Of a stretch of 64,000 bases of DNA, positions 17,655 through 26,722 are shown piece by piece. The notes under the pieces were generated by a model. That model was given only the letters and a program-made list of their open reading frames with translations. It was not told the origin of the DNA and did not search any database. The first letter of the stretch is position 1; every line of letters begins with the position of its first letter. The stretch is from contig JAZAMN010000062.1 of assembly GCA_036229005.1 (NCBI GenBank), positions 54,257 through 118,256 of the forward strand. The letters run 5' to 3'. Position numbers and translations under genes: made by a program. Source of the stretch: Myxococcota bacterium. GTDB lineage: Bacteria; Myxococcota_A; UBA796; CAJQPC01.

Positions 17655-18695
17655 TCAGTCCATCTCGCGCAGCGCCACCGCTGCAGCCTCCGCCGGGTCG
17701 TCGGCGGTCCCCACCACGTACTCGGTCTGCAGGAAGCTGCGCCGGGCGTGGGGGACCTCCTCTCCGTCAGGGCGGCGGGCGATGAGCACCATGGCCTGAC
17801 AGCGCTGGACGGAGAAGCCGACCTCCGCGCTCCAGGTGACCACCAGGGGGTTGCCGGGGTCGTCCTCGCTGGGGACGTGGAGCATCACCGGCACGGCCAG
17901 GCCGTCGCTGAGGCTGGGCTGCATGCTGGGGAGCTCGAAGCCGGGGTAGGCCACCAGTCGGGCGCTCACGCCGCCGCCGGCCAGCCAGCGGCTCACCTCG
18001 GTCAGCAGGCGCTGGCTGTGCTCGACCACGTGCAGGATGCGGCCGGACTCGTCGCGCGGGCGCCAGGTCCAGGCGTCGGGATCCCAGTACTCCACCGGGC
18101 CAAGACGCAGCTTGTAGTCCATCTCCGGGGCGCCGGGCAGCACATAGCCCGGGTAGTAGAAGCGGGTCCCGCGCTCGCGCAGGGCCTGGACCTCCAGCAG
18201 CATGGTCGCGTAGCCCAGGCTGTGGCTGGCGTAGGTCGGGCAGTAGACCCCCAGGATGCTCTCGGCGGAGTGGTCACCCAGGTCGTACCAGGAGAAGGCC
18301 ACCAGGGTCTCTCCGTCGTAGATGCGGATCTCGTGGGTGTCGAAGAGGGCCTGGCCGCGGTTGCCACCCAGCACGGCCTCCAGGCGCTCGGCGCGGGTGC
18401 CGCTGGCCTCCAGGCGGTAGCGGGCGTACAGGTCCCGCTTCTCCTGGTCCAGGCGCAGAGGGCCGTGCTCCACGCGAAAGCGCCGGTGGATGCGACTGAG
18501 CAGCTTGCGCTGGCTCTTGCGCGGCGGGTTCTCCTGGACGTCCAGGCGGATCCACAGGGCGCTGCGGGGCACCCCCTCGAACCAGACGGCGCGGCAGGTG
18601 AACAGGCTGTCCCCAATGCGGAACCAGCCCTCCGCCAGGCGCTGGTCCAGCTCCCGGGGAAGGATTCGGTCCGGTCGGTGGGACTGGATCAGCAT
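17655..18695 (-). CDS. Arginyl-tRNA-protein transferase-like (Ate/Bpt family) with C-terminal extension
   Basis: 'LA.GWFR.G', 'LY.RY', 'SLG...ML.EV', 'YYPGY.......MDYK' motifs. Confidence 0.85.
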   Translation of the reverse strand: MLIQSHRPDRILPRELDQRLAEGWFRIGDSLFTCRAVWFEGVPRSALWIRLDVQENPPRKSQRKLLSRIHRRFRVEHGPLRLDQEKRDLYARYRLEASGTRAERLEAVLGGNRGQALFDTHEIRIYDGETLVAFSWYDLGDHSAESILGVYCPTYASHSLGYATMLLEVQALRERGTRFYYPGYVLPGAPEMDYKLRLGPVEYWDPDAWTWRPRDESGRILHVVEHSQRLLTEVSRWLAGGGVSARLVAYPGFELPSMQPSLSDGLAVPVMLHVPSEDDPGNPLVVTWSAEVGFSVQRCQAMVLIARRPDGEEVPHARRSFLQTEYVVGTADDPAEAAAVALREMD

Positions 18696-18696
18696 C

Positions 18697-19158
18697 TCAG
18701 TGCACCACCACCGCGGTGTCGAAGCTCCGGCTCACGCGCTTGCACTCGTCCCCGCGGCACATCTTGAACTTGACCCGGCCCTTGACCGGGTAGTCGCCGA
18801 TGCGCTCCGCGCGGAAGGGGACCCGCACGCGGAACTCCGTGGCGTCCTTGGAGAACTGGCCGTCGGCGGCGGAGAGCTTGGCCTGCCCCCACTCCAGGTT
18901 CTTGGGGGCGCCCTTCATCTTGACCTTGATGCCCTGCTCGGGGGAGAGCTCGTAGCCCTGCCGCGCTTCGACACGGACTTCTATGTGGCCCTTCTCGGCG
19001 ACACCCGCGGTGCCCCGCCGCGCGGAGATGGTGTAGGTGTCCGTCGAGACATCCTGACCCACGGTCATCGTCTTGCTCTTGCCGGAGGCCGGGGTGGCCA
19101 GCAGCAGCAGGGGGGCCACCGCGATGGCCATCAGGGTCTTGTGTGCCCGCAAGTTCAC
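18697..19158 (-). CDS. Secreted protein resembling the DsbD N-terminal Ig-like domain
   Basis: Signal-like hydrophobic stretch, beta-rich body, 'CRGDEC' near the C-terminus. Confidence 0.55.
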   Translation of the reverse strand: MNLRAHKTLMAIAVAPLLLLATPASGKSKTMTVGQDVSTDTYTISARRGTAGVAEKGHIEVRVEARQGYELSPEQGIKVKMKGAPKNLEWGQAKLSAADGQFSKDATEFRVRVPFRAERIGDYPVKGRVKFKMCRGDECKRVSRSFDTAVVVH

Positions 19159-19282
19159 TCCAGCCAGACACCAATCCTAACCCCCGTCGCCCGGGGCGTG
19201 AATCGCAGAATCCTGTACAGGGGGGAACAAGGCCCCCAGGACAGGTCTGGATCAAGGTCTGCCGGGCCTTCTCGGGCGGTGG

Positions 19283-21163
19283 CTACTGGGGCCGCTCGTC
19301 GCAGAAGCCCTCCCGGGTGCCGCTGCAGCTCCCCGAACAGGTCTGCACGATCTCCCCGTCGCGCAGGAAGCGGTCCATCTGCTCCCAGGCCAGGGGCTCC
19401 TGCCGGCAGCACACGTGGGTGTCCGTGTCGGCGTCGGCGGGCACGGCGGTGGTGGGCTCCTCGGAGATGTCCACGTAGTCCCACTCCAGGTACGCGGAGC
19501 CCTGGGGGGCGGCGCTGGACTCCAGGCCCCAGACCGGGCGGGTGGCCGGCTCCAGCAGCTCCGCACCCACGGCCCGAGCCAGCCGCTGACCGGCCAGGGT
19601 GGTGACCTGGGCGTCCCCCAGGTTGTGCTGGATCAGCAAGGTGTCGCGCTCGCGCAAGATCGGCGTCCAGCCGGCGCTCTCCGCGGGATCCCAGAGGGTC
19701 TGCATGGCCGCCAGGGCCACCTGCACGCTGCGCGGGTCCTCCAGCTCGGCCTCCAGGATGCCGGCGAAGGCTGCGAAGTTCGTGGACCGCGGGAGCAGCA
19801 TCGCGAAGGGGGTGCCCGGGACGTTGAGCACCCCGGAGTCGAGCTGCTCGGACCAGCCCAGGTAGCCGCCGCCGACCACGCCCCCCATGGAGATGCCCAG
19901 GAAGCCGTAGCGCTCGCCGTCCAGCAGCGGGGCGCCGTCCACCTGGAGCTCGGGGGCCTCGGTGAGCGCGCCGCGGGCCAGCTCCAGCAGGGTGTCCTGG
20001 TTCACCCAGGACTGCAGCAGGCGCTCGGGGACCGCGCCGAAGTCGCCGTAGTCGTCGGAGAGCAGCCCGACGATGGGCACGGTGTCCTCGCGGGACATGC
20101 CCTGCCAGTCGGTTGCGATGAGCACCCAGCCGTGGGTGTCGGCGAGCTCCCCCAGGTACTGCTTGCGGATCTCCTCGCGGTCCTGGAAGAGCCCGTGGCC
20201 GTACTGCACCAGCAGGACCTCGCCGGCGAAATCGGGGTCGAGGACGCTGCAGGGGACGCGGAGCTCGAGCGGTATGGGGACCCGATCCTGGAGCACCGGC
20301 AGACCCTCTTCGTCCCGGACCAGGAAGGCGGGGGCCTCCTCGGAGTCCAGGAACATGGGGACCTGCATCGTGCCCTCGATGTGCAGGCCGATGTGGGTGT
20401 CCGGCTGCTCGCAGTCGTAGGTGCGGGTGTCGGTGAACGCCCACTGCGGGGGCACCTCGGCGCGGGACTGGGCGGCGAGATCGCGCATGAGCAGCGGGAC
20501 AGCGGTGGTGTCTTCCTGGGACGCGGTGCGGAAGTGCCAGGCGAGCTGCAGGTCCTCGCGGGGCACGCCGGCGGCCTCCAGAGCGGGGAAGATCCGCTCT
20601 TCGTAGGCCTCTCGGCGGCCCTCCACGTCCCAGGACTCGGTGCGGGTGTCGTCGCGGAGCTGCAGGAAGGCCTCGGAGGGCTGGATTGGGGCGCCGCTGG
20701 AGTCCACCAAGCCGGCGAGCCCGACCGCGTACCAGCGGCCGTACTCCAGGCCCGCGACCGGGTGGATGAGGAGGCTGGGGTCGTCGTCGACGGAGAGCTC
20801 CGCCCTCACGGGCACCCGCTCTCCAGTGGACAGGTCCACCAAGACCACCGGGCTGTCGCCCTCCAGGCTCTCTCCCCCCTCTGTAGGCAACCCGGTGTCG
20901 GCGAGGTCATCGAACCACGCGATCAGCGGGGCGTGCAGCGAGAAGCCGTCGCGCCGGTTCCACGCGGTGGGGTCCACCGGGCCGTCGTCCACCCGGGGGG
21001 GCAGCGTCTCGGGGCCGAGATCCAGGGTCCAGCCGGCGCTCTCGCTGCCCTCGATGTGCTGGGCGCTCGGCCAGGGCAGGGCGCAGTGGTCGGGGATCAG
21101 CGGGTCGCAGTCGCTGTAGGGCGCGGGCTCGGGGCCGCCGCAGGCCAGCAGGAGCAGGAGCAT
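19283..21163 (-). CDS. Lipoprotein, alpha/beta-hydrolase (lipase-like) with N-terminal Ig-like region
   Basis: 'MLLLLLAC' lipobox; 'YGHGL' oxyanion motif; 'GISMGG' nucleophile elbow; 'GDAQV' Asp and a late His. Confidence 0.8.
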   Translation of the reverse strand: MLLLLLACGGPEPAPYSDCDPLIPDHCALPWPSAQHIEGSESAGWTLDLGPETLPPRVDDGPVDPTAWNRRDGFSLHAPLIAWFDDLADTGLPTEGGESLEGDSPVVLVDLSTGERVPVRAELSVDDDPSLLIHPVAGLEYGRWYAVGLAGLVDSSGAPIQPSEAFLQLRDDTRTESWDVEGRREAYEERIFPALEAAGVPREDLQLAWHFRTASQEDTTAVPLLMRDLAAQSRAEVPPQWAFTDTRTYDCEQPDTHIGLHIEGTMQVPMFLDSEEAPAFLVRDEEGLPVLQDRVPIPLELRVPCSVLDPDFAGEVLLVQYGHGLFQDREEIRKQYLGELADTHGWVLIATDWQGMSREDTVPIVGLLSDDYGDFGAVPERLLQSWVNQDTLLELARGALTEAPELQVDGAPLLDGERYGFLGISMGGVVGGGYLGWSEQLDSGVLNVPGTPFAMLLPRSTNFAAFAGILEAELEDPRSVQVALAAMQTLWDPAESAGWTPILRERDTLLIQHNLGDAQVTTLAGQRLARAVGAELLEPATRPVWGLESSAAPQGSAYLEWDYVDISEEPTTAVPADADTDTHVCCRQEPLAWEQMDRFLRDGEIVQTCSGSCSGTREGFCDERPQ

Positions 21164-21168
21164 GCCGC

Positions 21169-21174
21169 AGCTTA
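21169..21174 (-). promoter_or_regulatory. -10-like box TAAGCT (leaderless start)
   Basis: 5 nt before ATG 21163; no SD sequence. Confidence 0.5.
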
Positions 21175-21223
21175 GCCGACCCTGGGTCAGTTGTGCGCCG
21201 GCGATCCGGGATCCAGCGGGGGG

Positions 21224-22273
21224 TCAGTAGGGGAGCGCCGCGCAGCGCACGCCGATGGTGCCGTCAAAGTCGTGGTAGTGGCCGTTGTATGCCTCGTGGT
21301 TGGTGGCCGCGCCCCCCGAGTACCAGGCGCCCCCGCGCTTGTCGGTGAAGGGGACGCCGTCGTCTTCGTGGAGCAGGCGGACCTTGAGCGAGCCGTCTTC
21401 CTGCTGCACGCCCTGGATGGGGACTGTGCGCTCGTCGAGGGGGCGGTCCAGCTCGGACCGGACGTGGGCGTAGCCTTTGTAGGTGAGCTGCTCGTTGCTG
21501 TGGAACTGGCTGGCGTCCAGCATCAGCAGCCCCTGGGCGTCCAGGCTCCAGGTGCCCTGTGCGCCGGCGATGTCCACCAGCAGCGAGTAGCTGCTCTTTG
21601 CGCCCAGGAGCCCATCGCTGCTCTCGAAGAGCTCCAGCCCCAGCGACTCCGCCGTCTCCAGGAAGAGCTGGATGTCGGCGTTGAGCGCCGGATCCACCCA
21701 CTCCCAGGCGTTCCCGATCTGGTCGTAGGTGCCCCAGGGGCTCACGCAGTCGGGGAAGCTCCCGGTGGGCTGCAGGGCGTCGACCAGCGGGACGTTGTCC
21801 ATGGGGACCAGCGCGCAGGCCTCCACTTCGTAGCTGTCGCCGTAGGGGTAGGTCAGGCCGCCCTCGCCCACGACGCCGTCTGCGGCGTCCTCCCACTCGG
21901 AGACCGTGGGCATGTGCTTGTAGCCATAGGCGACCCCCTGGTCGTCCAGCGCCGGGGTGTTCTCGCAGGCGGCTTTGGCCTGGTCGAAGCTCATGCCGGT
22001 GCTGGGCAGCACGCCCGGAGCGGTGGTCGCCGTGGCCAGAGTGGGGGAGCCCCCTGCGGCCCACTGATCGGCGCTACCCAGGTCGCCGCTGAGCTGCGCT
22101 TCGTAGGCGTCCATGCAGAGGGCGACGGGGTCTCCGATGGCGACCATGCCCTCGGGACAGCGCCCGGCTGGAGCGCCGGTGTCGTCCTGCTGGGGTTCGC
22201 TGTCCAACAGCCCGCCAGTGTCGGTCTCGGTCTGGGCCGGGGCCCCCACACACGCAATCATCAAAAGCAGCAT
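21224..22273 (-). CDS. Lipoprotein with FGE-sulfatase (SUMF1/EgtB/PvdO) domain
   Basis: 'CPEGMV', 'PT..EWE.A', 'YPYG', 'YDQIGNAWEWV', 'RGG.W', 'GVRC'. Confidence 0.85.
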   Translation of the reverse strand: MLLLMIACVGAPAQTETDTGGLLDSEPQQDDTGAPAGRCPEGMVAIGDPVALCMDAYEAQLSGDLGSADQWAAGGSPTLATATTAPGVLPSTGMSFDQAKAACENTPALDDQGVAYGYKHMPTVSEWEDAADGVVGEGGLTYPYGDSYEVEACALVPMDNVPLVDALQPTGSFPDCVSPWGTYDQIGNAWEWVDPALNADIQLFLETAESLGLELFESSDGLLGAKSSYSLLVDIAGAQGTWSLDAQGLLMLDASQFHSNEQLTYKGYAHVRSELDRPLDERTVPIQGVQQEDGSLKVRLLHEDDGVPFTDKRGGAWYSGGAATNHEAYNGHYHDFDGTIGVRCAALPY

Positions 22274-22278
22274 GGCGC

Positions 22279-24597
22279 CTATTTTATGGCCAGCACCCCA
22301 GCCGACTCCAGGCAGCTTTGGGGATTCGTAAAGAAATTGTCTGCCCAGGCGAAGGCCACGCCCAGCGCCTCGGCGAACAGCCGGTCCGACTCCATGTCCC
22401 CCACTATCAGGCATCGCGCCCGGTCCACCCCCTGCTCGCGCAGCAGCGCCACGCCCATCCCGGGGTTGGGCTTTCGGTCCCAGGCCTGGCGATCCACCCA
22501 CGCCGAGTAGCGGTGGGGCAGGGTGCGCCCGAGCAGCGCGTGGGTGCGCTCAAAGCAGGCCTGCACCTGCGCGTGGCTGAGCTGGCCCTGCTCGATGATG
22601 CCCTGGTTGCTCGCCCCCATGAGCACCAGGCCCTGCGCGGCCAGGTCGTCCAGGACCTCCTTGCGGCCAGGGAGCAGCGCGACCTGGTCCGGGTGTCGGG
22701 GGAAGGGGGCCTTGCCCGTGGAGCGCCGCAGAGTGCCGTCGTAGTCGAAGATCACGCCCGCCCGAGCACCCCAGGGCCTGCGGGTGAAGGGCTGCCGGCG
22801 CAGCGTCGCCAGGCCCTCGTCCAGGGTGGGGGGCTCCAGGCGCGAGAACCACCCGTCGATCGCGATGGGTGGCAGCATGTTGGGGTCCTGCCGGCTCAGC
22901 TCCCGGAGCTCGGGGGGAGACAGGATGCGGCCGTGGCGCTCCAGCATGCGCTGACAGGCGTTGATCCGCGCCTCGCGCTGGGGGCAGTCCAGCCACTCCA
23001 GGTGCACCGGCAGGCCGTGGCGCTGGGCGGCCTGGATCACCTGGGCCCGCGAGGCCCGGTCCGCGTAGGTGTTGTCCAGCACGGCGAAGCGGAGCCCCTT
23101 TGAGAGGGCCTGCTCCAGCGCCTGCGCCAGGGCCTTGAGGCTGCCCCCGCGCTCGTCCCGGTTGAAGCGCCCCCAGCCGGCCTGCTCCAGGGGACGGACG
23201 AGCTGTGTCTTGCCGCTGGCAGGTGGGCCCATCACGATGCGCACCTGGCCCGCGCGCGGCTGGTCGGGACAGAGTGGCGCCAGCGAGGTCACCGGCTCCG
23301 CGGCCAGGCTGTCTTTCAGGCTCTGGGCCCGGGTGGCGCCCACGATGGGGGAGTGCCCCAGCCCCAGACTCCAGCTCAGGGCCGCGCGCTGGGGGCTGAC
23401 TCCCAGCTCTCTTGCCGCCGCCTGCCAGGGCGCCGGCCAGGCCTTGCCGATGCGCTTGTGGCCCCCCAGCGGCGAGTGCGCGAGCACCGGGATGCCCTGG
23501 GCGGTGGCCCGCTGGATCACCGGCGCGCTGCGCAGGCTGCGGGGGCTGTACTCCACCTGCAGCGCGGCGATGGGCAGGCGCGCGCAGGCCTGGTCGAGCT
23601 GGGCGCTGTCCACGTTGCAGAGGCCGATGCGGGCCGCCGTGCCCTCGGCCAGCAGCTCCGCCAGGGCGCCCAGGCTCTCGTCGAAGGGCACGCGGCGGTC
23701 CACCACGTGGAGCTGCAGCAGGGCCAGCGCGTCCACACCCAGCACCTCCCGGGCGCGGCGGGCCTGGGTGAGCAGGCGCTCCGGAGACCCATCCGGGACC
23801 CAGCGGCCGCCGGGGCGGGCCAGGCCGACCTTGGTCAGCACCAGGGCGTCGGGGTGTCCGCGCAAGGCCTCGGCGAGCAGGGCGTGGTTGTGGTGCAGCT
23901 CGCCCTCGTCCAGGCAGTAGCTGTCGGCCGAGTCGAAGCAGCGCACCCCGCCGTCCGCGGCCTGCTGGATCCGCGCCAGGGCCTCCGCGCGCACCGGCCG
24001 ACCCTGGGTGGACAGGCGCATGCAGCCCAGGACCAGGGAGGGGAGCGGCAAGGGGGCGCACGCGGCTGCCGGGCCCAACACAGGCAGCCTGTCCTCGCTG
24101 GGGACGGGTTGTTGGGGTGTTGGCGCCGGCGAGGTGCTCGGTGGTGGGGCCGGCTCCGAGAACAGATCCCACCCCTCCTCCTCCCAGTCACCGCCCTGAT
24201 CGGGCAAGGGGCGGCCGGCCAGGTTCACCAGCGTCCACCCCCGGCCCAGGCGCGCCAGGTCGGCGTCGGTGCAGAGCAGCACCTCGCGGCGGTGGCCTCC
24301 GGGGCGCACGGCCAGGTGGAGGCTGCCGTCCAAGACGGCGCTCAGGCGGGCTTGCATGCCCACGTCAGGGAGCGCGTGGCGCAGGCGCGGGGAGCTGGAG
24401 ACCCAGCGGCCCACCTCGGAGGCGCGGCCGTCGCCGGCGTCGAGCTCCAGGGCCAGGGAGAGCTCGGAGTTGCGCAGGGGAGGGGACACAGCGGCCTGGA
24501 TGCGCTGCAACCTCTCGCGCCAGAGGGCCTTGGCTTGCTGCCAGGCGGACTCTTCGGCCTGGGCGGCGATGCGCTTGGCGGAGGGGGTCAGGGGCAT
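22279..24597 (-). CDS. Fusion of unknown N-domain, aldo/keto reductase, P-loop kinase and HAD-IIIA phosphatase (PNKP-like)
   Basis: AKR 'LGCM..FDSADSY..TKVG..LLQLH..IGLCN..HSPLGG'; Walker A 'GPPASGKT' and 'VLDNT'; HAD 'FDYDGT..SNQ..KPNPGM..VGDMESD'. Confidence 0.85.
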   Translation of the reverse strand: MPLTPSAKRIAAQAEESAWQQAKALWRERLQRIQAAVSPPLRNSELSLALELDAGDGRASEVGRWVSSSPRLRHALPDVGMQARLSAVLDGSLHLAVRPGGHRREVLLCTDADLARLGRGWTLVNLAGRPLPDQGGDWEEEGWDLFSEPAPPPSTSPAPTPQQPVPSEDRLPVLGPAAACAPLPLPSLVLGCMRLSTQGRPVRAEALARIQQAADGGVRCFDSADSYCLDEGELHHNHALLAEALRGHPDALVLTKVGLARPGGRWVPDGSPERLLTQARRAREVLGVDALALLQLHVVDRRVPFDESLGALAELLAEGTAARIGLCNVDSAQLDQACARLPIAALQVEYSPRSLRSAPVIQRATAQGIPVLAHSPLGGHKRIGKAWPAPWQAAARELGVSPQRAALSWSLGLGHSPIVGATRAQSLKDSLAAEPVTSLAPLCPDQPRAGQVRIVMGPPASGKTQLVRPLEQAGWGRFNRDERGGSLKALAQALEQALSKGLRFAVLDNTYADRASRAQVIQAAQRHGLPVHLEWLDCPQREARINACQRMLERHGRILSPPELRELSRQDPNMLPPIAIDGWFSRLEPPTLDEGLATLRRQPFTRRPWGARAGVIFDYDGTLRRSTGKAPFPRHPDQVALLPGRKEVLDDLAAQGLVLMGASNQGIIEQGQLSHAQVQACFERTHALLGRTLPHRYSAWVDRQAWDRKPNPGMGVALLREQGVDRARCLIVGDMESDRLFAEALGVAFAWADNFFTNPQSCLESAGVLAIK
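22281..22286 (-). promoter_or_regulatory. -10-like box TAAAAT (leaderless start)
   Basis: 7 nt before ATG 22273; no SD sequence. Confidence 0.55.
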
Positions 24598-24603
24598 GGC
24601 GTC

Positions 24604-24609
24604 AGGCTA
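24604..24609 (-). promoter_or_regulatory. -10-like box TAGCCT (leaderless start)
   Basis: 6 nt before ATG 24597. Confidence 0.5.
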
Positions 24610-24633
24610 CATCTTCTTCCCCTGGAGCAAGGC

Positions 24634-25368
24634 ATGTCCGAGCAGTGGTCCCCCAACACCTGGGCCCCCGTCACCCTCAAGGCGCGCATCGAGCACGCCC
24701 CCGGCCTGGCCACATTCGTGCTGGAGGGGCACCGCTGCGCGTTCACGCCGGGCCAGTTCGTGCAGCTCGGCCTGGAGATCGACGGCGAGCCGGTGGGGCG
24801 CCCGTATAGCCTGAGCAGCGCCCCCGGGGCCGATCTGGAGACGCTGATCGTCCGGGTCGACGACGGCCAGCTCACCCCGCGGCTCTTTGAGCTCTCGCCG
24901 GGGGATCCCCTGTACGTGCACCGGGTGGCCAGCGGGGCCTTCGGGCTGCGGCGGGTGCAGGACGCGCCGACGCTCTGGATGATCGCCACCGGCACCGGGC
25001 TCTCGCCATTCCTGTCCATGCTGCGTGCCGGCGGATTGGAGCGCTTCGGCAAGGTCGTGCTGGTGCACGGCGTCCGGCAGGGGGCCCACCTGGTGGCTCG
25101 CGAGGAGATCGCGGCACTGGGCGCGCAGCATGTCGCCGTGGTCTCCCGCGAGGCGGTGCCCGGGGCGCTGTCGGGGCGCATCACCGAGCAGATCGCCAGC
25201 GGTGAACTGGAGCGGGTCGCGGGCGCACCTCTGGACCCCAGCGCGCAGGTGCTCCTGTGCGGAAACCCGGCCATGATCGCCGAGACCTATGGGCTGCTCA
25301 CCGACCGGGGGCTCACCCGGAACCGGCCGCGGAAGCCTGGAAACATCACCTTCGAAGCCTACTGGTAG
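24634..25368 (+). CDS. fpr: Ferredoxin-NADP+ reductase
   Basis: 'F.PGQF', 'RPYS', 'ATGTGL.PF', 'CGNP.MI', terminal 'E.YW'; GGAG RBS. Confidence 0.9.
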   Translation: MSEQWSPNTWAPVTLKARIEHAPGLATFVLEGHRCAFTPGQFVQLGLEIDGEPVGRPYSLSSAPGADLETLIVRVDDGQLTPRLFELSPGDPLYVHRVASGAFGLRRVQDAPTLWMIATGTGLSPFLSMLRAGGLERFGKVVLVHGVRQGAHLVAREEIAALGAQHVAVVSREAVPGALSGRITEQIASGELERVAGAPLDPSAQVLLCGNPAMIAETYGLLTDRGLTRNRPRKPGNITFEAYW

Positions 25369-25377
25369 GACCCCTCC

Positions 25378-26622
25378 ATGCTGCTGCTGATGCTGGCCTG
25401 CGCCACCAAGACCCTCCCCATCCCCGAGCCCATGATGGGCGCGGCGGCCCCCAAGACCCCTCTGCCGGACGGGGAGACGGCGCCGGCTGCGTACGGCAGC
25501 CTGGACTGCGGGCTCACGGTGGGCTTTGCGGGCGTGGACGAGGAGCTGACCGACCTGCTGGTCCAGGACAACGGCGAGCTGCTGGTCGTCGCGGAGGCCT
25601 ACAAGGGGCGCTACCAGGAGGCCCTGGTGATGTCCCTGCGCGACCAGGGGCCGAGCTGGTTCCAGGTGCTGGGCGCGGGCGGGGATCAGGACCGGCCCAC
25701 CGCCGTGACGGCCCTGGACGACGGCTTCATGGTGACCGGCGGGACCTGGTCCACGGGCGCCGGGCAGAACGACATGTGGCTGCTGCGCCTGGACGCCGCC
25801 GGGCAGCTCGAGTGGCAGCGCACCTATGGGCTCTACGACCGGGATCTGGCCCGCGGCTACGTCCCCAACACCGAAGGCGGGCTGGTCTATGGCGAGATGG
25901 CCGACTTCGGGGCCCTGTGGATCCAGGTGGATGCGCTGGGAGCGGTCCGGGGGCGCGGTGGAGTGCCCGGGGTTCACCTCTTGGGGGTCGAGGGGCTGCC
26001 CGACGGCTCCGCGCTGATCTGGGGCACCCGCGAGGACACCGGGTGGGCCGCTCGGGTCAACAGCGCCGGCGCGTTGGTCTGGGAGGCGCAGCTCCCCCTG
26101 GTGCCGGTGGACGCGGCCCTGGACCCTGAAGCGCGCGGCCTGTGGCTGCTGGGCGCGCAGGGGCTCAGCCACCTGAGCCTGGAGGGCCTGGTGGACAAGG
26201 GCCTGGCGCTCCCTGGGGAGATGGAGGGGCTGTCTCCGGAGGCCGTGGGCATGGGAGTGGGCGGGCCCGCGGTGGTCGGGCGCGCCACGGGGGGCAGCGC
26301 GGTGTTCCAGCTCGACGAGGCCGGCGCGGTGGTCTGGAGCCAGACCCTGCAGGCGGTGGAGGTGCGGGAGCTCGCGCTGGATCCCCGGGGCCTGGTCGTG
26401 ATGGGCGAGGGGAAGGGCAAGCAGAGCCGGGAGCTGTTCGGCGTGCGCCTGAACGCGGACACCGGGGCTTCGCTGTGCATCCAGGTGCCGCCGGTGCCGG
26501 AGCTGCCGGCCTCCGAGGCCGCGCCGGGGTCGGGGGCGGAGTCTGCGCCCGAGTCTGGGGCGGAGCCGGAGGAGGCGCCGGCCGCGCCGAGCCCCGCGGA
26601 GGGGGAGGCCGATCCGGCCTGA
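25378..26622 (+). CDS. Lipoprotein, probable beta-propeller
   Basis: 'MLLLMLAC' lipobox; repeated 'W...LD..G...W' blades; Pro/Glu-rich tail. Confidence 0.7.
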   Translation: MLLLMLACATKTLPIPEPMMGAAAPKTPLPDGETAPAAYGSLDCGLTVGFAGVDEELTDLLVQDNGELLVVAEAYKGRYQEALVMSLRDQGPSWFQVLGAGGDQDRPTAVTALDDGFMVTGGTWSTGAGQNDMWLLRLDAAGQLEWQRTYGLYDRDLARGYVPNTEGGLVYGEMADFGALWIQVDALGAVRGRGGVPGVHLLGVEGLPDGSALIWGTREDTGWAARVNSAGALVWEAQLPLVPVDAALDPEARGLWLLGAQGLSHLSLEGLVDKGLALPGEMEGLSPEAVGMGVGGPAVVGRATGGSAVFQLDEAGAVVWSQTLQAVEVRELALDPRGLVVMGEGKGKQSRELFGVRLNADTGASLCIQVPPVPELPASEAAPGSGAESAPESGAEPEEAPAAPSPAEGEADPA

Positions 26623-26710
26623 GGGCTGGTTGAGCTGCGGGTGACCTCGCCGATGGGGGGATCTGAGCGGGGTGGGCTCGCGCCGAGGGCTCGGGAGGTG
26701 GGGCCGGGGG

Positions 26711-26716
26711 TATGAT
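26711..26716 (+). promoter_or_regulatory. -10-like box TATGAT (leaderless start)
   Basis: 6 nt before ATG 26723. Confidence 0.55.
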
Positions 26717-26722
26717 CGGGCC

